Made by a program: the position numbers and the translations under genes
Shown: positions 32,718-41,916 of the stretch, one piece after another
Layout of the letters: the number at the start of each line of letters is the position of its first letter
Numbering within the stretch: position 1 is the first letter of the stretch
Assembly: GCA_008632985.1 (NCBI GenBank)
Contig: QPGO01000226.1
Coordinates: 62,001-103,916 of the forward strand
Source of the DNA: Psammoneis japonica
Taxonomy: Eukaryota
DNA: 41,916 nt
Direction of reading: 5' to 3'
The notes under the pieces: generated by a model
What the model was told of the DNA's origin: nothing
What the model saw: the letters and a program-made list of their open reading frames with translations, nothing else
Database searches by the model: none

Positions 32718-35700
32718 CTAGAAGTTTGATGTTGCCGCCTTCAAGAATTCTTCGTTCAAGTTACGTTCAACGATCCAGTCATCAACGCAGGTTTCACCTG
32801 CGGGGCCCTTGACGATGATACGAGTACAAGTCACGTCACGGGTCTGGCCCTGACGGTAGACGCGTCCCAGGGCTGCGGGGAGGAGAGAAAACAACGCGTT
32901 GAGAGATGAGACATGTGCTCTTATCTATGCAGCTTCCACCAAACTGCAACAGCCGACATGTCTCGATGAGACTCTGCCTTACCTTGTTCCTCCACACTCA
33001 CATCTGCTACGGCGTCAGATGTGGTGTAGATCGGATCGTACATGATGACATTGTGGCACGCAGCTTGCAGGTTATGGCCTGCAGCCTGGACGAAGTCAAG
33101 AACAAGAATGCGGGGGCGATTTCGCTCTTCTGTGTTCGCATCCACATGTCGAAACCAAGAGATGATTTCGTTTTGTCTCTCGACAGAGTCGCGTTCGTTT
33201 GAAACGTGACAAAAATCGAAAGTGGAGGACTCGAGAGCCGAACATGCACTCGCATACCCTTGAGTGGTTGCGAACACAATGATTTTCGTCGATGGATCAT
33301 CCGACAGGATTGATTGAACAGTCCCAACCAATGCGTTCTGACGGGCAGTTGACGCAGCTGTGATTTGGATAATGTTGTCAGTCTCCTCGCCAAGATGGTC
33401 GACGTTCACACCGAATGTCTCCAACTGGAGAGGCGGATTGCCCACGGCCGCAAGGAAGTCTTTTCCTTCATCGGCTGACATGTTAACGCACACTTGTTCT
33501 CGTTGCAACTGAACAGGCAGCGATTCGCCACGGTTTCGTTGACAGGCCTCTCGGACATACCCATGAGCTGCCGATTGAACCGAGCATCGGTACTCCCGAC
33601 TGAAAACAGACTCCGTCTGGGAAAGGAACATGTCACGGCCACTCTCTCGTTCCTCCTTCCGCCAATGGTGAGCGGCGCCGGTGATGTATGTACCCCCCAT
33701 CAAGTTCGCAAGCTCGGTCACTCTGGCTTCCGTTTCCAGCAATGGTGTCCCTGTCAGACCCCACACGCCCACGGCGGCGCGAAGAGGCCGTTTCTTGGGA
33801 TCTGTTTGGGCAACACCAAGAAACTCCCGCGCGCCACGGCGTGCCACGTCCTTGAAGTCGTCTTTCTTGAAGCCTTTGCCAGTGACTAAGACCTCATGGG
33901 CTATGATTTTCGTCGGAGTGAATAGAAGCACACAATGACGAAAAGTTGAGAGTGAAAAATGAGAAAACCGGGTCGCAGCGGTAATGTATTCATGAAACAA
34001 AAACGAGTTTTGCTCACGTACCTTCATCTACGACGATGCGGAACCAAGTAAACCATTCCAGAGGAACACCTTTGTCAGATTCACTAAATCGCATGGATCG
34101 AAGCTTTTCAATGGCAGAAGCATAGGCGTGCGAGTAGTAGGCCATTTGGTCCCGATCTTGTTGGTTTCCTTTGTTTCCCACGTAGATCTCCGGGCCCGAT
34201 GCCATGTTCCTCACCCACGTTCCTTCTATGGTTGGTGCTTCACGTTGTCCAATAGCCTTGGGAGCGGCTGGGACAGGCTTGGACTTAGCCTTCATGCGCA
34301 GGTTCTCAGTATACGGGCGCTTCTTTGCAGCTTCCTCCTCGATGATTCCAGCGGGGCAGATCACAATATCAGCGCCGCAAATGTCCTTGACGGTTGTTCT
34401 CTTGAGCGTGTTCACTGAATCGATAATTTTCAGCTTCAACAGGTTTCCAGTGAATTTTTTTACCTATCAATGAATGAACAGAACAGAGCTGTTTAGACCA
34501 GGCCAGGGGACAAGAGGGATATGAACGGCAACAGCCACCACGCAAAAGATATTATTTCTAGTTCTACAACATCAACGAAGGCATTCATACACATACCTCG
34601 TCCTTCCACTGTGCAACCAATCCAGGTGGGACGACGATCAGAGTAGCGCCGCTGCGGCCCAACTTGGTGTTTCGGCTGGAACGGGATGTTTCAATGCTCT
34701 TCACGATCAAAGCAATGGTGATAACAGTCTTGCCACTTCCGATTGCATCTCCAAGGACTCCACCCCGTAAAGGTGATTCCTTGAATGCCCTGGCAATCGC
34801 GCACCACTAAGGGAAAAGTGCAAAATTGAATAGATGAGAAATCGTGCGTTGGGAGTCTCCACACATCATGATGCTTCATTAGGGACAGGCTCTTCACACA
34901 AATAACTTCTGAACTCACCCCGACTCCGTTAAGCGTCTCCTCGGCCCGCTCCTCTTCGGGGAAAATGACTTTCCCTTTCTCGATGTCCATCATATGGGTA
35001 AGCGCCTTGGCTTGCCTGGTGTAGAGAGGAAGGGTGAGGTCGACGCTAGTAGGTTCGTAAGCGTCTGAATTCGGGACTTTGAACTCTCGGGCAATTGGCT
35101 CGCCCATACTTGTAAGTTCATTGAGACTCCATTCTACCTTGACGTTCTCTGCCTCTTCTCCTCCTAGCGTGGCAGCTGCTCTATGTGCGAGCGAGTAAGG
35201 GTTGACTCGAACTGTCAAAGAGGAGTTGGCTGTATCAACATCAACATGAAAGGCAGAAGGCCGGTCCAACAGTCTCTGACAAGTAAAGGACACAAGCAAA
35301 GACAGGAATGAGGAAACAACAAAAGAAACAACGTTGGTCCTCTGATGCGTGGCATGTCCACAGTTATGGACTCACGTGGAAGTAGCTATTTGACTCTTCA
35401 GGGTCGTACTGCCGAAAGAAAATAGAACTGGATTTCTTGACCCATTTTGGCTCCGGTCTGGTCGGGCAGTACAGCTCTGAACGGCCCAAGTCAGGAATTT
35501 CGCTGGCTAGACTATAAAACCTTGAAAATTGGATTGGGAGGTTCCCAGATGCAGCAAACTTTAGAAGTGTTGGCCCCGCAACAATCGAAAGACGCTTCGC
35601 ATTGCGAGTTCCGAACTTTCCTGTGAGGTCAATTGCTGTGAGTCCTGCACTGACACTGTCACCTTGTCTGAACTCCGTAAGTGAGGCGACAACTTCATCG

Positions 35701-38700
35701 GGGATGTGCGTTACTTTGCAAAGCATGGGCCCCGACGTCTGCTCTGGATCGTGGCTGACGATTTGCTGGTGAAAATGTGAAGAATCCTCGGCCGTGACAT
35801 CCATGATGGCTTTCGGGATCTCCACGCCAACCTTTGGTGCTGACGACCAGGCCAGCAGCTTTGCCTTGGTCTTGTGAGTCCGCTCGTCAAACGCATTTTC
35901 TGGAACCCAGTCATCCAGCTCACAAATTTCAAGACCATCCTTATAGGATGGCGACGGAGAAAAGACAGCAACATCCAGTGAGGCACGGACAACATTGGGA
36001 CGGAAGAACAGGTGCATTGGCTCAGATCCGCCTTCGCGCCGCCACAACGCTGACAGAGTTACGGTGTGGGTGCAAGCCATTTTTGTGTATCGACCATTTA
36101 CCACGCCACTTGGATCATCCGAGACAACAATGACACCCGGCCATTCTTTCCAAATCTTGGGATAATGCTTTAGTGGGTTGCGAGAAGCAAAATGAGGTTC
36201 AAATTGTTTCGAAACTTTGTGCTTTCGAAGTTCTTTTGCGACTTCGTCGCTAAAACCAATCAACGCTCGTTGGGATTGCACCCGCTCTGATTTTTCATCT
36301 TCCGTGAGTGTCAAGCTGCATGTAACAGGCTTGTCTGGGGTTTCCCAGACAGGTTCAGACCCCTGTCCGGCTACGTACACAATTCTGGCCGCATCCGTGA
36401 GTCGCCCTCTCTTTGGATTTTCATCTCGAATAGCTGGCGCAAAGCAACGGATGAACGCAGCTGCCCCTAGATCCGAACGACGTGCAAGCCTTCCAACGTC
36501 CAACCGGATCTCGGCAACTTGTCGGCCAGAGCCAAAGTCTTCCCAGGCGCCGTAGATCAGCTGCCACTTGCCAGCCTTTCTGTCCACTTGTTGAAGCTGA
36601 AAGCTGTATGACTCCAGGCCACGGCCGTTGACCAGCACACTCTCAGAACCTTCAGCAAGCCGCAAGATAGAAGGGGCTGCATTCCGCAACTTGCGCTCGA
36701 ACAGATGAGGGTCGTGGCGTTGGCTATTCTGGAACTTGACCTCTATCAGATCGTGGGTTGACACTTGGTACCTATCTGCCGCACTGTGAGAGACTTGCCA
36801 TCCACAATTTTGGCACTCAAGGAATTTGGAGTCTGTCGTGCAAGTGCCGGAGCTTTCAGATGTACAAAGGACTGAAGATTCGTACGCGTCAACGGAAAGA
36901 CTCTCGCCAATCTTACGCACAACGTCTTCTAGTCCACGCGATTCGGTCGCACGTTCGGCTTCGTGGAGGTCCCCACGTTCTGCTAAAACAGCTCCTTTGT
37001 CCGAGCCGTACTGCAGCTTGATTGCATACTTTGACAGATCGACCTTGCTGTTCATCCGGCGTTGATCCCGAAGGTAAGGGGCGCAGATTGCAGCAAGAAT
37101 TGTTGCTCCGACCACAGGTACTGACATGGCATTTCCCGCGAGATCAGAGAGTTGAACCTCGGTTTCTTTTCCCAGAACAAGCCGACTAAACGGTATGCCT
37201 TGTAGAAGGAGCTTCTCATAGCCCATCAGTGTCCGACCAAGATGAGGCATAAGCAGCTCCCCTCCTGGAGTGACACAGCCACTCACTCCTACCGTGGCTG
37301 ACCGATAGGGCGCCCTCGTGACATTCTGGGAGAGGTCCCAAACAAATGACGAGTGCATCGGGTCTCTTGAGATGGCATCACGGATAGCAGCGCCAGCAAA
37401 GCAATCAACCATATCAAGACGTCTGTGGTTCCAGCAATCCAGAAGCTCCGGAATAAGGCCAGGCGCGAGCTTCTTCTCTCCCCGAGGGGCCCATCCAGTC
37501 AACCAACGCATCTGGTCCGGGATGCCAATTCGCTGTCGAAAGGCGACGTGATTTCCAAGATCTTTCACCCTTGACAACTCCCAGTCCCAAAAGTCTGTAG
37601 TGAAAGAATTGAAGCGAGTGGGGTAAGAATAGCTTTCGCAAAGCGCACGCAGAGAGCTGCGCGCAATGTGACATAATGATGAGAATCATACCTGTTTCTT
37701 TTGCCCTGTCTCTCTTCACCATCAAACCAGGACCGGAACGGAGGGCTTCCCGAAAGCATCTGATACGGTCATGAGTGTCGGGCAAGAGGAAGGACTCCAT
37801 TGAGTACAGTAGGTCCGTCTAGTATGGTTGTAGAGACAATGGACAAAAAGTGAAGCAAGATTTGAGTACATTGCAACAACGGCGCTGTCTTCCACTCTCA
37901 TAGAACACTTGCAGCTTACCTTCAAGTAATCCATAATCTCCGCAAAATAATCTCCCAAGTCATCGGTCGGGTCGTCGGTGCGCCACAAGAACAAGTACTT
38001 CCTGTTGCGAGTCTGAGGCAATCCATATTCCTTCGTGTCGAGTTTGATAAGACGGGTACAGTACTTCACTTTTTTGTCGAAAACCAAAAAGTCTCCTTGT
38101 GATGTCAATTTGCCAGACGAATCCGCGTTTCCAAGGTTGATCTTGTGTCTCTTGGCCAGCTGACCAAGGCTGATCTCTCCTACATCCTTAGCTTCGGCGA
38201 CGATTTGGCGAACGCGTTTTGGGTCGCTAAGCTTTGCTACACCTTTCAAAGTGGAACCAGCACGGATTCCCATCTGAGGAGGCACGGCCACCACTTCGTA
38301 CTGTCCATCGTCGTTCACCTTGAATTTTAGATCTCGTTCGGCGTTGTCTTTCTTTTTCTTTGAGCTTGATACCGTAATGGCCTTGTTTATGTTGCGGTAC
38401 GTCAAATCGACTGATGGCGAAAAGAAGGAAGAGCATAGTGAGAGCAAACTCTAACACTTTCCAGTTTACAGAAAATCTACGTCAAAACTGTCGAACATGA
38501 ATCTCGTAATGATGACGCACCTCGACCGGTTATATATTCTTGCATCTGAAACGCAAGTATGAATGTCAGTAATTAATCAACTTCCAGTTTCGCAGTGCCC
38601 GACTTCGCCGTGTGCTTGACGTACCTTTTCCCACGGGGCACCGACCACATTCTCAAAGATGGCGAAAGGGGGTGCATATAACTCCAGGTATTCAACTGCC

Positions 38701-40810
38701 GCCAGGAATGTTTGTCCAGACTGACCCTTGTCTTCAATATCCAGACGATACGATGTCTTGAGCATAGAGAAATCTGATGGCGACACATGAGTGAGAGACA
38801 AGATCAACAGAATCATTCCCACATTATCGTTCTGAGCGAAAGCGACGCTGAGTTCCTACCTTTACAGCTGGTGCCTGCAATGAAGAGACACGCTGAAGGG
38901 ATTGAATGCAGCCGTCCGTATACATCTTCCACTGGTTGAGGTCTGCCTTCGTCGTCTGTTTCCGAGAGACGGGTGATATCTGCGAAAGCACGGTAAAAAC
39001 GAGATGATGGTTGGGTGGGCAATCAATTTGGTCTGAAACAAAAACCAAGACTTGCAGTAACTACGTACCAGGAAAGAGCAATGCGCCAGGGAAATTTCGA
39101 CCAAGGTATCCCTGCTTGAAGGATTCGATCTCACAACTCATCAGATGCTCATACGAGAAATCGTTGTCTGGTTGCATCTTACTGAAGCACTCCTCGATGA
39201 GACTAAGTGCAATAGACGGGGCGTCGGTGCCAGAACATGCCGTAGACAGCTTGATTGGGTAAGACAAGCGTCCCTTATCACTGATCGGTTTGGCATTGGA
39301 ACGTGCAAGGACCTGTGTCAGGAGGCCACCAACCTTCCGTACCTGCTCACTCATGATACGTTCCACAATTCCATCGGTCGGATCGACGCCGACGGAGTCT
39401 ACGAATTCTTCCTTTGGCATCTTCTGTGGATTATTCTGTGGCTTGTACGACTTCTTTTCTTTCTCAACCTTCTCGTTGAATTCCTTCCAGATATCGCCGT
39501 CCTTGTCCTTTTTATTGGACGCCTTCGACTTTACCGTCGTTTCTTTCGTCCTCGCTACTTTGTTCGTCGGCTTCGTTGACGTCGTCTTCTTTTTGACAAT
39601 TAATGTGTCGTCATCGAGATCTTCCTCGTCGTCTGCCTTGAAATCGTCCTCGCTCGAAGCCTCCATGAAATCACTGTCCAGATTGTCGTCATCCACTGAT
39701 GCACCATCATCCATAGCATCGTCGTAATCATCGTCACTGTCATGTTTTCGTTTGGGTTTCTTTGATAACATGGCCCTACGAGTGACTACGGGGGCTTTGT
39801 CGTAATCGTCATCAAACTCCATTTCTTCATCGTCGTCACTCTCCTCGTCGTAGTTGACTTTACTGCGTTTCGATAGCCGATCTGGTGAGCGTATCACATT
39901 CGAAGAAGAAGATTTCTCGACGGGACGTTTCTTTGTCGCTCGTTGAGGTGACGACGGCTTGGACTTTTGGGGCGAGCTCGTTTTCTTCTTCTTTTCCTTC
40001 TCGTACAAGGTCTTGCAACCACAAAGATCTGCCTCAGGCATAATCTCATAGTCTCCATCCTCGTATAGGACCGTGTACAACATTCGTTTCGTTCCATCAG
40101 CCGTACTACCATCTTCCTCTCCACCGTCAACGACTTGGCCTTCATAAATGTCACGACCGAATCGTTTTGCAACTCTAGTACCGATATGGTTTGCAAGTGC
40201 CTTGAATTCTTCAATTTGTTCTTCTGTATACCGATCGGTCTGTGTTGCAGTAGCAGCATCGTGACCATCGGAGCGGGGACTGCTCGTACTGTTGGAACTC
40301 GTAACGCTATGGGGACTGTCTTGACCGCTACGTGTCGGTGTCGACTTGGATGTAGTAGCTGCTGCTGTAACAGCCAGTGACGGCTCATACAGACGGTCCT
40401 TCCATACAACGGTCCACTCATCTTCTTCTTGGTTCCCTCCGGCATCATTGGAGGACGATTTGGGATGGAATTCCTTCACGTACCCTTGAGCAAAGGCGGG
40501 AGGTTGGTAGTTTTCATCATCTTCCGATGGCTCGATGGCCATTGTTACTTTCTGCAAAAACAAAAAACAAAAGATCTTGACGGTTAGATTCCAAATACTG
40601 TATGAAAGAGGAGACCATTTCCAGTACAAAAGCAACAAAAGGACGCACCTTTAGCACTTTCGACGTTATACCCAACTCGAATATGGACTTCCTAACAGCA
40701 CCAGGCGTCGTGCTCTTTTTCGGCATCGTCGTGAATAAAAAATCCGTCATTGCTTTCTGTCCCTTGAGAGGCGACGCCGGGCTGCCGCCGCCCTTCTTCT
40801 TCCCGGCCAT
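32718..40810 (-). CDS. DNMT5: DNMT5-family cytosine-5 DNA methyltransferase with N-terminal Tudor-like domain and C-terminal SNF2 ATPase; about 12 introns
   Basis: Motif I region STACSGTDAP...SCEIESFKQGYLGRNF; catalytic AGTSCKDFS; FENV; LDTKEYGLPQTRNRKY; GCVTPGG...EKLLLQGIP...DLAGNAMSVPVVG; SNF2 GGVLGDAIGSGKT, ATLIVVP, IVVDEAH (across an intron), WGLTGTP, AAGHNLQ, QALGRVYRQGQ; ATG 40810, TAG 32718-32720; exons join in frame through GT-AG introns. Confidence 0.92.
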
Positions 40811-41202
40811 GATGACTTGATGGGTGTGGATGAATGTCACACAATACTCCACAAAATCCGACTCAACAGTATGATACTCTCTTTGGGTATTGCCTTTTGT
40901 GTTAGTTGTGCTCTGCAGATTTGAGATTTGTTGCCAAACCGCTGAAGCGACGCCCAAGCACATATTTTCAAAAAGCACAGATTTTCAATGCTTCGGCTAA
41001 AACTGGGTTTAGTTTTTGCCAGAATTCGGCAAATTATGCGATCTGTGACGACACTGTCTCACATTTTTTGGCGCGGTCCAGGCAGGTCCGGCGCGCGCGG
41101 TATGTAGATCCTACTTTTATGTACGTATTTTTTCACCACGCATGCTGTTCCAGATTTTCCGTTCCAGAACTAACAGACAGATGCCAGGTTGATTCAAAAA
41201 TA

Positions 41203-41872
41203 GAAAGAGATGATGATTGTTCAAGGGCATGATGTGCTTGCCATGACCCAGACAGAGCCCTGCACTGGTGGCGCTTTGCTCGTCACTCCTCTTGCGGTGA
41301 TCTGGCCAGTTTGGCAGCAAATGGCGGCACACGTGGTGTTGGGCTGGGCAGGTTTTGCTGGCACAGGTGCTTGCCAACCTGTTCCCACCAAGAGGGAAGG
41401 CAGCATTCCCAAGCTGGAGCCCCCCGGGCATGATGGCCAAGCAAGGGCCAGAGGGCGGGAGAGAGGCGGGAGCAACTGAATTTGTCCACCGCTGGACTTG
41501 CTGCTGAGCCATTTGGAAGATGAGTGAAAGCAGCCAATGGACAAAGAAAAACAAATGGTTGCTTGTGACGTCACCTCCTCTGATGGGCTCAAGTCCTGGG
41601 CGGGACTCCGTGTGACATTGGGCGCCCGCAGAATTCTGCGTGCGAGCTCCGCAGCAAATTCATCAAGCAATGAAAACACAAATGATCGCCAACAGAAAAA
41701 GAGGCAATTTTGCGAACGCATCTCCTCCTTCACACTTGCAGTGCATCGTCAACAGTTTGCCCGGGCGCGTTCTGCAGACATTGGAGAACACACCCAGAGC
41801 ATTTTCATTTTCATGAATGTTGAAAATGGAAAGCCTTTGGCTTCACAAAATGGGGAGCACGAAACAATTTCA
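41203..41872. other. TpA-free decayed tract (CpG partly retained)
   Basis: No TA dinucleotide over about 670 bp between the TAs at 41201-41202 and 41873-41874. Confidence 0.65.
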
Positions 41873-41916
41873 TAGAATGTCACACATGGAAATCCGCGAG
41901 CGCGACACGCGACGCC

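Overview
Eukaryotic nuclear DNA, most likely a pennate diatom (inferred from short GT-AG introns, a DNMT5 gene and the gene repertoire). Two kinds of DNA alternate. Ordinary gene-dense DNA carries a secreted ELWxxD-repeat/TSP3 protein, a Nudix hydrolase, a flavin amine oxidase, an SGNH hydrolase, a conserved unknown protein, an RluA pseudouridine synthase and an apparently intact 13-exon DNMT5 (Tudor-like + C5-MTase + SNF2). Sharply bounded decayed zones (1-417, ~9.8-11.4 kb, ~21.9-32.5 kb, 41.2-41.9 kb) have lost TpA and, in their cores, CpG, both converted to TpG/CpA. Main highlights: (1) a minus-strand gene at 18609-21586 whose protein starts with a near-perfect histone H3 tail mimic (MAKTKQTAIKSTG), has four more T[KR]QTARK copies, then two Tudor-like domains and a SET-like domain; (2) a dual CpG/TpA mutational signature that has destroyed an RCC1-family gene and other sequences in the block lying between that gene and DNMT5. 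Many genes in the left half have single-base frameshifts that may be assembly errors.
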